Below are positions 1 to 9,849 of a stretch of 64,000 nucleotides of DNA, in pieces. The notes beneath the pieces are model-generated. The model saw only the letters and a list, made by a program, of their open reading frames with translations. It had not been told where the DNA came from and did no database searches. Source of the stretch: Hydrogenimonas sp. (GTDB lineage: Bacteria; Campylobacterota; Campylobacteria; Campylobacterales; Hydrogenimonadaceae); contig JAUUDL010000115.1 of NCBI GenBank assembly GCA_030826715.1, positions 346-64,345 of the forward strand, read 5' to 3'. Both the position numbers and the translations under genes were made by a program. Positions within the stretch are counted from its first letter, which is position 1, and the number at the start of each line of letters is the position of its first letter.

Positions 1-162
1 AGCGCGTTGCCCCAGGTCGTAAAGAAGCCGGATATTCTCTTCGGTGGTATATTTGCTGACCGCCACCAGTTTGACGATGTGGTGTTCGCTGCGCCTGATG
101 CGCGCCTGTTCGATGCGCCAGATCAGTTCGTCGAGCTTTTTTTGCATTGTGAGTCTATCCAT
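1..162 (-). CDS. yggS: YggS/PLPBP pyridoxal phosphate homeostasis protein, 5' part (runs off the window start)
   Basis: Manual translation MDRLTMQKKLDELIWRIEQARIRRSEHHIVKLVAVSKYTTEENIRLLYDLGQRA carries the YggS LVAVSK and G-Q-R motifs; overlaps the rseP stop. Confidence 0.85.
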   Translation of the reverse strand, partial: MDRLTMQKKLDELIWRIEQARIRRSEHHIVKLVAVSKYTTEENIRLLYDLGQRA

Positions 163-1213
163 GGGTAATCCTTGCGATGTCGTTATAGATGGTATAGGCC
201 ATCAGAGTCAGAAGTATGGCCCATCCTCCCAGCGTGAGCCGGTACATCACCTCTTCGTTGAGCGGTTTTCTGAATATCATCTCATAGAGGGTGAATACGA
301 TATGGCCGCCATCGAGCGCGGGGATGGGAAGAAGGTTCAATACACCGAGGTTGACCGATATGAGTGCGGTCAGCACGAAGAGGGCGGCGATGCCGTGCTG
401 CGCGGCATCGGCCGTGATCTGTACGATCGAGATGACGCCGCCCATCTCCTTGGCGGGCACGACGCCTTCGACCATCTTTTCCACGCTGAGCACGATCAGC
501 TTGCTCGCCTGTACCGTCTGCTTCCAGGCATAGGAGAAGGCGTGCAGAGGATCGTATGTGACCGTCACGATGTCGCCGCTGGGTCCGATGCCGACCATAC
601 GCCGTTTGACCGTTTCGCCGAATATGTTTTTGGCTTCCAGAGCGCGGGGAGCGACGACGAAAGACCGGATCGTACCGTTGCGGTCCACGACCATCTCCAC
701 AGGACCCTCCGATTCACGGATCGCTTCGCTCAGTTCATCCCAGATATGGATGGGGCGTTCGTTGATCTCGATGATCCTGTCACCCGGTTTGAGGCCCACT
801 TCCATTGCCGGAGAGTTTGGCTCGACTACGCCAACGACCGGCTGAAGCGCATTGGCACCCATTAGAGCGACGGCGTAGTAGAGGATAAAAGCGAGCATGA
901 AGTTGAAAAGCGGGCCGCCAAGAAGTATGAGGATGCGCTGCCACGGCGGCTTGACGTTGTAACTGTCGGGATCGTAGCTGATCTTCGTGGGGTCGGTATC
1001 GTCCTGCCCCTTCATTTTGACGTATCCGCCCAGAGGAATGGCGCTGAGGGCGTATTCGGTGCCATTCACGACTTTGGAAGCGACCACTTTGCCGAACCCT
1101 ATGGAGAAGCGCTCCACATGCACGCCGAAAAGCCGCGCCATCAGAAAATGGCCCAGCTCGTGGAAGAAGATAAGAAACGAGAGGACCAGAAGGGAGACGA
1201 GAAGACCCATCAT
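155..1213 (-). CDS. rseP: RIP metalloprotease RseP
   Basis: HELGH zinc motif, PDZ-like region, NLLPIPALDGGH motif. Confidence 0.95.
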   Translation of the reverse strand: MMGLLVSLLVLSFLIFFHELGHFLMARLFGVHVERFSIGFGKVVASKVVNGTEYALSAIPLGGYVKMKGQDDTDPTKISYDPDSYNVKPPWQRILILLGGPLFNFMLAFILYYAVALMGANALQPVVGVVEPNSPAMEVGLKPGDRIIEINERPIHIWDELSEAIRESEGPVEMVVDRNGTIRSFVVAPRALEAKNIFGETVKRRMVGIGPSGDIVTVTYDPLHAFSYAWKQTVQASKLIVLSVEKMVEGVVPAKEMGGVISIVQITADAAQHGIAALFVLTALISVNLGVLNLLPIPALDGGHIVFTLYEMIFRKPLNEEVMYRLTLGGWAILLTLMAYTIYNDIARITHG

Positions 1214-1746
1214 TTGCCTCTCATATAGTCACGGACATATTCGTATCCGCTATAAAGCGTGATCGCCACGGCGATCCAGAGCAGGAGCGTGCCTCCTGGC
1301 CAATCCATCGTCAGAAAGCCGATCGCGAACATCTGCGATACGGTCTTGACTTTGCCCATCCACGACGCGCTCACGTCGCGCCCTTCGCTGACGATCATCA
1401 CCCGAAGGCCGGTGATGAAAAATTCGCGGCTGAGGATCAGGAATATGGCGAAAACATCGGCGCGCCCCAGTACGACCAACCCAAGAAAGGCCGCGAGTGT
1501 CAGCATCTTGTCGGCGAGCGGGTCGATCACTTTGCCAAGCGCCGTGATCTGGTGGCAGGTCCGCGCGATGTAGCCGTCGAAGAAGTCGGTGACCGAAGCC
1601 AGCACGAAGACGAGTGCGGCGAAATAGTCGAGCCAGCTCGTGTGGATGCCCTGCAGGGGCGCGGTGTCGCGATAGGCCAGAAGCCAGAGCAGCAGCGGCG
1701 CCATCAGCAGGCGCGAAAAAGCGAGCAGGTTCGGGAGGTTCATCAT
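1210..1746 (-). CDS. pgsA: CDP-diacylglycerol--glycerol-3-phosphate 3-phosphatidyltransferase
   Basis: NLPN N-terminus and DFFDGYIAR...G...DPLADK CDP-alcohol phosphotransferase motif; start trimmed to MMNLPN, overlapping the upstream stop. Confidence 0.93.
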   Translation of the reverse strand: MMNLPNLLAFSRLLMAPLLLWLLAYRDTAPLQGIHTSWLDYFAALVFVLASVTDFFDGYIARTCHQITALGKVIDPLADKMLTLAAFLGLVVLGRADVFAIFLILSREFFITGLRVMIVSEGRDVSASWMGKVKTVSQMFAIGFLTMDWPGGTLLLWIAVAITLYSGYEYVRDYMRGK

Positions 1747-2561
1747 TGAAAGCTGGTGCCTCCGTCGATGACGATGGTCTGTCCTGTGAGCCATGAGCAC
1801 TCGTCGGTGCAAAGAAACCAACACATACCGGCGAGATCCCGGGCTTCGCCCATGCGCCCCAGCGGCGATCGCGCCACCACTTCGGCCTTCACCTCTTCGT
1901 AGTTGGGGAATTTCTTCAGCGCGTCGGTGTCGATCGGCCCGCCGCTGACGGCGTTGACGCGGATCCCTTTTTCACCAAGTTCCGCCGCCGCGTATTTGAC
2001 CATCGTTTCGACCGCGGCCTTGTTGGTGCCGTGTCCGGCGTAGTTGGTGGTGTAGACCAGGTTGCCGGTGGAGCTGAGCGAGATGATGCTTCCGCCGCCC
2101 ACTTTTTCCATCCTTTTGGCCGCTTCCTGCGCACCGATCACAAAGGCCGTCACCGTCGCGGTATAGATATTGCACAGCCCTTTGGGTTTGAGGCGCATGA
2201 ACGGCCCGAAACCGCCGACGACGGAGCGGCCGGAGATGATGGCGTTGGAGATGAAGTAGTCGACTCTCAGAAAATCTTCATCGATCAGCTTGAAAAGGTC
2301 CCGGTAGGTTTCGGGCTCGAGAATGTTGAGCTGATAGGGAATGGCGCGTACACCGTACTTCTCCTTCACATCCTGCGCGATCTTTTCGGCCTCTTCGGCA
2401 TTCGAGTTGTAGGTGAAGGCGATATTCGCCCCCGCTTTGGCGAAGCGGTAGAGGATCGCTTTTCCGATGCCGCGCGTGGCGCCGCTGATGACGAGGGTTT
2501 TACCTTTCATACTTTCACACTGGCTATACTCTTTTTCCAATTCAGACTCCTGCAATTTCAT
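1743..2561 (-). CDS. Short-chain dehydrogenase, FabL-like enoyl-ACP reductase / 7-alpha-HSDH family (real start possibly 2510)
   Basis: SGATRGIG Rossmann motif, [27 protein letters not shown]; usual position after dapA in Campylobacterota. Confidence 0.85.
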   Translation of the reverse strand: MKLQESELEKEYSQCESMKGKTLVISGATRGIGKAILYRFAKAGANIAFTYNSNAEEAEKIAQDVKEKYGVRAIPYQLNILEPETYRDLFKLIDEDFLRVDYFISNAIISGRSVVGGFGPFMRLKPKGLCNIYTATVTAFVIGAQEAAKRMEKVGGGSIISLSSTGNLVYTTNYAGHGTNKAAVETMVKYAAAELGEKGIRVNAVSGGPIDTDALKKFPNYEEVKAEVVARSPLGRMGEARDLAGMCWFLCTDECSWLTGQTIVIDGGTSFQ

Positions 2562-3435
2562 ATTTTTTGATCACCTCTTCGATTTTACGCATATGCTCGG
2601 CTGTCGGAGGGGTGAGGGGAAGACGGTATTCGAGCGTTTCGATCAGTCCCGCCGCGTACATCGCCGCTTTGATCGGGATGGGATTGCTCTCGATGAAAAG
2701 CACCTTGTTGATATCGTAGAGCGCATCGCTGATCGCTTTGGCCGAGGCGAAATCGCCCGCCTGCGCCGAATGGATCAGGTCGGCGATCATGTTGGGCAGA
2801 AGGTTCGACGTGACCGAGATGCATCCATTGCCGCCCGTGGCCATGATCGGGTAGTTGATGGCATCGTCACCGCTGACGACGACCAGCAGCGGGCGCTTGG
2901 CCTTGAGGTGGATCGTCCGTTCCATCGAACCCGTCGCCTCTTTGATGGCGTAGATGTTGGGGACTTCGTCGAAAAGCCTAAAGACGGTCTCCGGTGCGAT
3001 ATCGAGCGCGGTACGTCCGGGCACATTGTAGAGCATCACCGGAATCTCCACCGCTTTGGCGATCGCCTTGTAGTGCTGGTAGATACCTTCCTGGGTCGGT
3101 TTGTTGTAGTAGGGGCAGACCGAAAGGACCGCGTCGGCACCGTGTTTTTGTGCAAATTGCGCCAAATCGATCGCTTCGGCGGTACAGTTGCTTCCGGCAC
3201 CCGCCACCACTTTGGTGCCGCTCTTTTTGCTGACGGCCACGGCGGTTTCGATGCAGGCTTTGTGCTCGTCGTGCGTCAAAGTCGCGCTTTCGCCTGTCGT
3301 GCCGACGGGTACGATGGCATCGATACCTCCTCGAATCTGGCGCTCGATCAGCTTCGCGTACTGCTCGTGGTCCACTTTGCCGTTTTTAAACGGGGTCACA
3401 AGTGCGGTCATCGCACCGGTTATGAGTTCTTTCAT
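2542..3435 (-). CDS. dapA: 4-hydroxy-tetrahydrodipicolinate synthase
   Basis: [23 protein letters not shown] motifs. Confidence 0.97.
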   Translation of the reverse strand: MKELITGAMTALVTPFKNGKVDHEQYAKLIERQIRGGIDAIVPVGTTGESATLTHDEHKACIETAVAVSKKSGTKVVAGAGSNCTAEAIDLAQFAQKHGADAVLSVCPYYNKPTQEGIYQHYKAIAKAVEIPVMLYNVPGRTALDIAPETVFRLFDEVPNIYAIKEATGSMERTIHLKAKRPLLVVVSGDDAINYPIMATGGNGCISVTSNLLPNMIADLIHSAQAGDFASAKAISDALYDINKVLFIESNPIPIKAAMYAAGLIETLEYRLPLTPPTAEHMRKIEEVIKKYEIAGV

Positions 3436-4763
3436 TGCTTATCACCTTTCCTTAAAATCACTGTGGTCGACTGATTGACATTCAAATATTTCTGTGCGGC
3501 ATCGCGCACCGCTTCGGGCTTGAGTTTTTCGATGTTCTCTTCGTAATGCAGAAGCGGTTCGATGTCTCCGCGTGCGAGATAGCTTCCGAAAAGATCGGCG
3601 ACGTTGCTGGAGTTCTCCATGCTGAAGATGAAATCGGCCCGCGTATTGACTTTGACCTTTTTGAGTTCTTCTTCGCTGACACCCTCTTTTTTGATCTTCT
3701 CGATCTGCGCCCAGATCTCCTTTTCGACCGATTCGGCCGTAACACCCGGATTGCAGACGGCCAGGAAGAGGAAGAGGCCGGGGTCTTTTTGCTCCATGTT
3801 GTAGGCGTAGAGCTGGTTGACCATCTTCTTTTTGTCGACCAGATCTTCGATGAGACGGCTGCTCTTGCCGTGGCTGAGCAATTCGCTCAGTGCCGAAAGC
3901 GCGGGTTGGTCGGCATGCTGAAAATTGGGAATGTGAAAAGCGATCGCCACAATTTCGACTTCGTTGTCGCGGTGGATGATGACGCGCTTGGGGCCGTCCT
4001 GCTTGGGTTCGACCTGATGGACTTCGGGAATGTCGCAGCAGTTTTTGATGCCAGAAAAGTGCTTTTTCGCCGCCTCGAAAACCGTCTCGGGTTCGATGTC
4101 TCCCGCCACGACGATGATGGCGTTTTTGGGCTGATAGTAGGTTTTGTGGAAATTCCTGATGTCTTCGATGCTCCAGTGGAGAATGTCGTTCATGAAGCCG
4201 ATCGGCGTCCAGTGGTAGGGGTGGTAGAGATAGGCGTTGTTGAAGAGACGGAAATAGAGGTAGCCGACGGGATTGTTGTCGGTCCTCCAGCGACGCTCTT
4301 CGGCCACGACCTTGCGTTCGGGCTGGAACTCTTCGTCTTTGAGGCTCAGATTGGCCATCATGTCTGCAAAAAGCGAGAGGGAGGTATCGAGATTTCTGCT
4401 GGCGCTCTTGATGAAGTAGTGGGTGTAGTCGAACCCGGTCGAGGCGTTGTCAACCCCGCCGAAGCGCTTGACGATACGGTCGAATTCGCCCGCTTGCATA
4501 TGTTTGGTCGACTTGAAGTTCATGTGCTCGAGCATGTGGGCGATGCCGCTCTTGCCCATCACTTCGTTGCGGCTTCCAACCTTGTAGAAGATGTCGGTCG
4601 TGATGACACCGCTCTCGTTCTTGAGCGGAATGGCCACCACCTCGAGGCCGTTTTTGAGGGTTTTGGTGTAGTGCTTGGGTAATGTGCTGCTTGCCATCAG
4701 GGCTCCTGTTAAAATGGTGAATAGTGAACAGTAAACGGTGAACAGTTTGAGAAGTGGTCTCAT
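3432..4763 (-). CDS. M16 family zinc peptidase with signal-like N-terminus
   Basis: HMLEH (HxxEH) motif, [11 protein letters not shown]; ATGA overlap with pyrD. Confidence 0.92.
   Translation of the reverse strand: MRPLLKLFTVYCSLFTILTGALMASSTLPKHYTKTLKNGLEVVAIPLKNESGVITTDIFYKVGSRNEVMGKSGIAHMLEHMNFKSTKHMQAGEFDRIVKRFGGVDNASTGFDYTHYFIKSASRNLDTSLSLFADMMANLSLKDEEFQPERKVVAEERRWRTDNNPVGYLYFRLFNNAYLYHPYHWTPIGFMNDILHWSIEDIRNFHKTYYQPKNAIIVVAGDIEPETVFEAAKKHFSGIKNCCDIPEVHQVEPKQDGPKRVIIHRDNEVEIVAIAFHIPNFQHADQPALSALSELLSHGKSSRLIEDLVDKKKMVNQLYAYNMEQKDPGLFLFLAVCNPGVTAESVEKEIWAQIEKIKKEGVSEEELKKVKVNTRADFIFSMENSSNVADLFGSYLARGDIEPLLHYEENIEKLKPEAVRDAAQKYLNVNQSTTVILRKGDKQ
4717..4746. repeat. Degenerate heptamer tandem repeat (gtgaaca consensus, about 4 copies)
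   Basis: gtgaata gtgaaca gtaaacg gtgaaca gt, inside the peptidase N-terminal coding region. Confidence 0.6.
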
Positions 4764-5818
4764 TTTCGATCGGCTCCTATCGCTTCGTTCACTGTTTTGA
4801 AGCCGTCTTTTTCGAGAAGTTTCAGCAAGGTTTCGTTGATGTTTTTGACCAACTCGGGGCCTTTGTAGATCAGGGCGGTATAGACCTGTACGAGATTGGC
4901 GCCGGCTCTGATGCGCCGATAGGCCTCAAATCCGCTGTCGATGCCTCCAACGGAGACGAGTGTCGTTTTGCCGTAGAGTTCACTCGCGATGGCATCGAAA
5001 ATTTCAAAGCTCTTCTCGCGAATGACCCGGCCGCTGATGCCGCCCACTTTCTGTGGATATTTGACCAGTGAGTAGTCGATACTCGTGTTGGTCGCTATAA
5101 TGCCGTCCGCACCCGCTTCGACGGCTCTGGCACAGAGGGCGACCGCCTGCTCTTTGCTCATGTCGGGTGCGATCTTGAGGAGTATCGGTTTGTCGGTGAT
5201 CGATTTGGCCATCGAGAAAAGGGTGTCGATGAAAGCTTCGTTCTGCAGGTCGCGAAGGCCCGGCGTGTTGGGCGATGAGATGTTGATGACCAGATAGTCG
5301 CAAAGGTCTCTGAAGGCTTTGACGCCGTGCTCGTAATCTTTCAGCGCCTCCCGCTCGGGCGTGGTCTTGTTCTTGCCGATATTGACGCCGATGGGGGTGA
5401 CATAGGGGTAGCGCTTTTTGAGCCTTATCTGCATCGCGTAGCTGCCTTCGTTGTTGAAACCCATCGCGTTCTGGAGCGCCTCTTCGTCGATATGACGCCA
5501 GAGTCTGGGCCTGGGATTGCCCGGCTGGGGACGGGGGGTGACGGTACCCACTTCGGTAAAACCGAAACCCAGCGCCGTCATCGCACGGATCAGTTTGGCG
5601 TCTTTGTCGAAACCGGCCGCAAGCCCCACGGGATTGAGAAACTCGCGCCCGAAGAGACGCTGATGCAGGCGTTCATCATCGATAAAATGGCTCTTCACCC
5701 ACGGATTGAGAAGCTGCGGAACCGATTCGCCGATCTGCAGCATTCCCGTTACGAGATGGTGGGCGTATTCGGGATCGAGCCGAAAAAAGAGAGGTTTGAT
5801 CTTTTCGTAATCAATCAT
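4760..5818 (-). CDS. pyrD: Quinone-dependent dihydroorotate dehydrogenase (class 2)
   Basis: GLAAGFDK, NAMGFNN, NISSPNTPGLR, KIAPD motifs. Confidence 0.97.
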   Translation of the reverse strand: MIDYEKIKPLFFRLDPEYAHHLVTGMLQIGESVPQLLNPWVKSHFIDDERLHQRLFGREFLNPVGLAAGFDKDAKLIRAMTALGFGFTEVGTVTPRPQPGNPRPRLWRHIDEEALQNAMGFNNEGSYAMQIRLKKRYPYVTPIGVNIGKNKTTPEREALKDYEHGVKAFRDLCDYLVINISSPNTPGLRDLQNEAFIDTLFSMAKSITDKPILLKIAPDMSKEQAVALCARAVEAGADGIIATNTSIDYSLVKYPQKVGGISGRVIREKSFEIFDAIASELYGKTTLVSVGGIDSGFEAYRRIRAGANLVQVYTALIYKGPELVKNINETLLKLLEKDGFKTVNEAIGADRK

Positions 5819-6006
5819 TCAGTGCATCCAGTCGTTTGAAAATTGGGATCAATTATACTTAAAAAGTCCCTAACCGTGCTTTAAAAGGTGGTTGTAATAG
5901 GCTACAAACAGATGGAACTCTCATTGATATTTGATAATATTACCACAGAATGGGTGCTTTTAGGTACAATAATTTCAACAATCCATATCAAAAGAAGGCC
6001 CGTTCC

Positions 6007-7953
6007 ATGATCGTCACAGAACGTTTTGCACTTGAGGAAGGTTTCAAAAAGAGGCTTCGCGAACGAAAAGCCGAATTCGGATTCAACGGTTTCGGTGAAG
6101 CGGTCTATTACCGTACCTACAGCCGGCGCAAACCCGACGGTTCGCAGGAGCGATGGGCCGATACCGTCATCCGCGTCATCGAAGGGATATTCTCGATCAG
6201 AAAACAGCACTACAAAGAGCAGGGGCTCGCCTGGGACGATACCAGATGGCGGCCTTTCGCCGAATCGATGGCCGAGAGCTGTTTTTCGATGCATTGGCTT
6301 CCGCCGGGCCGGGGGCTTTGGATCATGGGGACCGAGTATATCTATGAACGGGGAAGTGCCGCACTCTACAACTGCGGTGCGGTCGATACCACCGATCTCG
6401 TCGATTCGGCCGACTGGGCGATGGATATGCTTATGAGCGGCGTGGGCGTGGGATTCAACACGGCATGGAAGGGAGGTGCCTCCATCCCGGACAAAAGCGA
6501 ACCAAAACTCTATGTGGTCGAAGACAGCAAAGAGGGGTGGGTCAGATCGGTCCGTCTGATGCTCGAAAGTTACTGCAGGGGCGGGCCGTTCTACCGATAC
6601 GATTACTCCAGGATCCGTCCCGCCGGCTCGCCGATCAGAGGTTTCGGCGGCACCGCTTCGGGGCCCAAACCGCTGATCGAACTGCACCAAAGGCTCGAAA
6701 AGATCATGGACGACTACTGCCATGAAAAGATCGATACCACCCGTTGCATCGTCGACGTGTTCAACGCCATCGGCGTCTGCGTCGTAGCGGGCAACGTGAG
6801 GCGATCAGCCGAAATCGCGCTCGGGTCCCCCCACGACGAAACCTTTCTGCACCTCAAAGATTACGACCGCTTCCCCGACCGCAAGGATATCGGCTGGATC
6901 TCCAACAACTCCGTCGTGCTGCATGAACACGAAGATTTCGAAAAACTCCCCGATCTGGCACCGTTGATACGAAAAAATGGCGAGCCGGGCATTCTGAACC
7001 TCGTGAACGTGCAGAAATACGGCCGTTTCGGCCAGGAGATCCATGACAGGGCATGGCTCACCAACCCATGCGGAGAGATCGCGCTCGAGAGTCACGAGCT
7101 TTGCAATCTGGCCGAAATTTTTCCGACACGGTGCCCATCGCGCGATGCCTTCGACAAAGCGGTCGAATATGCCGCTTTCTATGCCGTGACCGTCTCGCTG
7201 CTTCCTACACACCGAAGCGAAACCAACGCCGTCGTTGCGCGCAACCGCCGTACGGGTGTGAGTATTTCCGGTATCGCCGACTGGATCGAAACGATCGGTG
7301 TGGCACGTGTGACGAGGATTCTGCGCGACAGCTACAAACGAGTGCGGCGGATCAACGAAAAGCTGGCCAAAGAGTCGGGCATTCCCGTCTCGTTGAAGGT
7401 GACGGCGATCAAACCCTCGGGGACTATCAGCCTGCTGGCCGGCACGAGTCCGGGTATGCACTATCCCGTCAGCCGTTACGCCATCCGGCGGCTACGGTCG
7501 GGCAACAGCTCGAAGTTGACCCGTTTTCTGATAGAAGCCGGTGTCCCCCACGCCCCCGACGAGTACAGCGAAAACACCACCGTCTTCGAATTTCCGATCG
7601 AATACGCCAATCCCCGTTCCCAGAATGAGGTGAGCGCGTGGGAGCAGTTCGCGCTTTTGGCGATGCTGCAAAGAGAGTGGTCGGACAATATGGTCTCTTG
7701 TACGATAAGTTTCGATGAAGCGAAAGAGGGCGGGCAGATCGAACATATGCTGGCGATGTTCGCACCCGTCATTAAGTCGGCGTCGATGCTGCCAAGGCTC
7801 AAGGGCATCTACGAGCAGATGCCGATCGAGCCGATCGACAAAGAAGGTTACGAAAAAAGGCTCCGACGGATGCCGACGATCGACTGGAGCCGTTTTGCAG
7901 GAAGCGACGGCGCGGGCGAGGGGTTTTGTTCGATTCTGGCCTGTAATATCTGA
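6007..7953 (+). CDS. nrdJ: Adenosylcobalamin-dependent ribonucleoside-triphosphate reductase (monomeric class II RNR)
   Basis: RTYSR, PPGRGLW, LYNC, GVGVGF, VVAGNVRRSAEI, TNPCGEI thiyl-radical motif, CNLAE, IKPSGT, C-terminal CxxxxC; start moved to the ATG at 6007 after the AAGAAGG RBS. Confidence 0.92.
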   Translation: MIVTERFALEEGFKKRLRERKAEFGFNGFGEAVYYRTYSRRKPDGSQERWADTVIRVIEGIFSIRKQHYKEQGLAWDDTRWRPFAESMAESCFSMHWLPPGRGLWIMGTEYIYERGSAALYNCGAVDTTDLVDSADWAMDMLMSGVGVGFNTAWKGGASIPDKSEPKLYVVEDSKEGWVRSVRLMLESYCRGGPFYRYDYSRIRPAGSPIRGFGGTASGPKPLIELHQRLEKIMDDYCHEKIDTTRCIVDVFNAIGVCVVAGNVRRSAEIALGSPHDETFLHLKDYDRFPDRKDIGWISNNSVVLHEHEDFEKLPDLAPLIRKNGEPGILNLVNVQKYGRFGQEIHDRAWLTNPCGEIALESHELCNLAEIFPTRCPSRDAFDKAVEYAAFYAVTVSLLPTHRSETNAVVARNRRTGVSISGIADWIETIGVARVTRILRDSYKRVRRINEKLAKESGIPVSLKVTAIKPSGTISLLAGTSPGMHYPVSRYAIRRLRSGNSSKLTRFLIEAGVPHAPDEYSENTTVFEFPIEYANPRSQNEVSAWEQFALLAMLQREWSDNMVSCTISFDEAKEGGQIEHMLAMFAPVIKSASMLPRLKGIYEQMPIEPIDKEGYEKRLRRMPTIDWSRFAGSDGAGEGFCSILACNI

Positions 7954-7974
7954 AAGATGGCGTAGCGTGGCGCG

Positions 7975-8526
7975 TTACCAGTGGCGAACGCGCCCCGTGT
8001 CGACATGGACGAAATTGGATTTGGGATAGAAGCCGACTCCGCCGCGTCGCAGATGGAGTGCGGCGTTGCGCAGGTGGGTCAATTCGACGCCCGGGAGTCT
8101 GATGTCACTCGCTTTGCCCTCCATGTGGAGGCTGTGCTTGGCGACACCATGGGTATGTTGCCGGAGATAGTCGTTCGTCTTCGGCGAGCGGTAGCCGGAT
8201 ATGATATGAAAAGGACTCTTTTCGGCCCCCAGCCTGCCCTGTAGATCATGCAGAAGATCGAAGAGTCTGAGGTCCATCGGCTTGACGTCGCCGGTCCTGA
8301 AATCACGAAGCAACCGGTTGAGTGCGGCGATCTCCTCTTCGACATACGCTCCTTCGCTCCAGAAGAGGGCGCGGACCGATTCGCCTGTATGTATATTGTA
8401 CAAAGATAGGCGTTTCTCCGAATGGCTGATCGCGCTATTGGCCAGAATGATATTGGGAAAAGCGATGACGGCTGCGGCCGCCGCCCCTTTTTTCAAAAAA
8501 TTTCTTCGTGTCATATCTGTTTTCAT
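7975..8526 (-). CDS. mepK: YcbK/MepK-like (DUF882, peptidase M15) Tat-exported murein endopeptidase
   Basis: TRRNFLK Tat signal, SGYRS, SLHMEGKASD, FVHVDTG motifs. Confidence 0.88.
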   Translation of the reverse strand: MKTDMTRRNFLKKGAAAAAVIAFPNIILANSAISHSEKRLSLYNIHTGESVRALFWSEGAYVEEEIAALNRLLRDFRTGDVKPMDLRLFDLLHDLQGRLGAEKSPFHIISGYRSPKTNDYLRQHTHGVAKHSLHMEGKASDIRLPGVELTHLRNAALHLRRGGVGFYPKSNFVHVDTGRVRHW

Positions 8527-8552
8527 ACCTTTAATATCGGCTATTTTTTCTA

Positions 8553-9833
8553 TTATTTTAGCAAAACGGTCCGCGCCGACGCGCCTCGTTGATATTGGTT
8601 AACATATTTCATCATCATTTCGTCGTACCCGTAGATATCCGGAACGAAATGGATTATTCCCTCTTCATCGGTAAATGCGGTCATATAGAGAACATAGACG
8701 GGTATGCCGCCGGGCAGACCGACCAGCTTCTCCTCGCCGCCCACCAGTTTTTCGGCAATCTTTTTATAGCTCCATTTTCCACTGTTTTGCGGGTCGTAGA
8801 GGGCGTGAAAGAGTTCCAGGGGCCGCTCGACACGGATGCATCCCGAACTTCTGGCTCGATACCTGCGGTTGAAAAGATAGTCGTCCGGTGTGTCGTGGAT
8901 ATAGATATCGAAAGGGTTCGGGAACATGAATTTGACGAAACCGAGATAGTTTTTGGGCCCGGGTTTTTGCATGAATACGAAGGGAACATTCTCTTCGTCG
9001 TATCGGTTCCAGTCGACACTGCACATATCGATCGAGTCGTTGCCGTCGTTGGTGCGTGTCGCGATGATGCCTACCTTTTGAAGATAATCGAATCGGCCGG
9101 CTTTGAGTTTGGGCAGGATATCTTCGGCGACAATCGTTTTGGGCGCGCGCCAGTATGGGTTGAGTACCGAGTAGGTGAGTCGGTCCGAAAGCATCGGTGT
9201 CGGACGGCTTTTCCTGCCGACAACCGTTTTCATCGAAAGGACGGGGTTTTCGTTTCGGTAGAGGGTGAGAGTGAACGCCGGGATATTAGCGACGAGAAAA
9301 TCCTTCTCGTTTCGTGTCAACCACTTCAGACGAACGAGGTTGATCTTGATCGTTCGGATGCGCCGTTGTACAGTGACGTTCATCGCTCGCCTGGTCCTCG
9401 GACCGACGATACCGTCTATTTTGAGGCCGTGGCGCGCCTGGAACCGTTTGACGGCTTCGGCAAGAGAAGGACCGAAGGTCATATTGGTATCCGGCACCTC
9501 TACATAGTCGCCAGTGACATAGAGGCGTCTTTTGATTGTCGGTACGGCCGAATGGACATCGCCTTCGCGCAACAGCCCTTTGAAAGGAGCGATCCGCGGC
9601 CAACCCCCCGCGGCTTCGATCGTTTCGTATTCGGAAAGCGCGTTTTGAAGATGCTTGACGAGAATGTTGTCATCGACCTCGTCGGTGGCATTCTCCTCCA
9701 ACTGAGCGATGCCGATATGTTCGGGATAGACGGCGACGGGGTCGATATGCCAACTTCGCCATGAATCCCATATATCGGCGTGGAGCGTCTGGGCCGCAAG
9801 AAGTACGATCAAAGAGAGCATCAGGGACTTCAT
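8553..9833 (-). CDS. ldtD: YcbB/LdtD-like L,D-transpeptidase with peptidoglycan-binding domain
   Basis: Signal peptide, AVKRFQARHGLKIDGIVG PG-binding domain, YIHDTP...SSGCIRV YkuD catalytic motif. Confidence 0.88.
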   Translation of the reverse strand: MKSLMLSLIVLLAAQTLHADIWDSWRSWHIDPVAVYPEHIGIAQLEENATDEVDDNILVKHLQNALSEYETIEAAGGWPRIAPFKGLLREGDVHSAVPTIKRRLYVTGDYVEVPDTNMTFGPSLAEAVKRFQARHGLKIDGIVGPRTRRAMNVTVQRRIRTIKINLVRLKWLTRNEKDFLVANIPAFTLTLYRNENPVLSMKTVVGRKSRPTPMLSDRLTYSVLNPYWRAPKTIVAEDILPKLKAGRFDYLQKVGIIATRTNDGNDSIDMCSVDWNRYDEENVPFVFMQKPGPKNYLGFVKFMFPNPFDIYIHDTPDDYLFNRRYRARSSGCIRVERPLELFHALYDPQNSGKWSYKKIAEKLVGGEEKLVGLPGGIPVYVLYMTAFTDEEGIIHFVPDIYGYDEMMMKYVNQYQRGASARTVLLK

Positions 9834-9849
9834 GTGATATCGCCCATCC

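Noticed and set aside
5819-6006. Possible cobalamin riboswitch or NrdR box upstream of nrdJ
   Set aside because: Short AT-rich region shared with the pyrD promoter; no B12-box or convincing NrdR palindrome seen
7951-7975. Selenocysteine read-through at TGA stops after Cys-rich termini (nrdJ; also the gene ending at 42354)
   Set aside because: The proteins are complete at the stop and no SECIS-like hairpin or conserved extension is apparent
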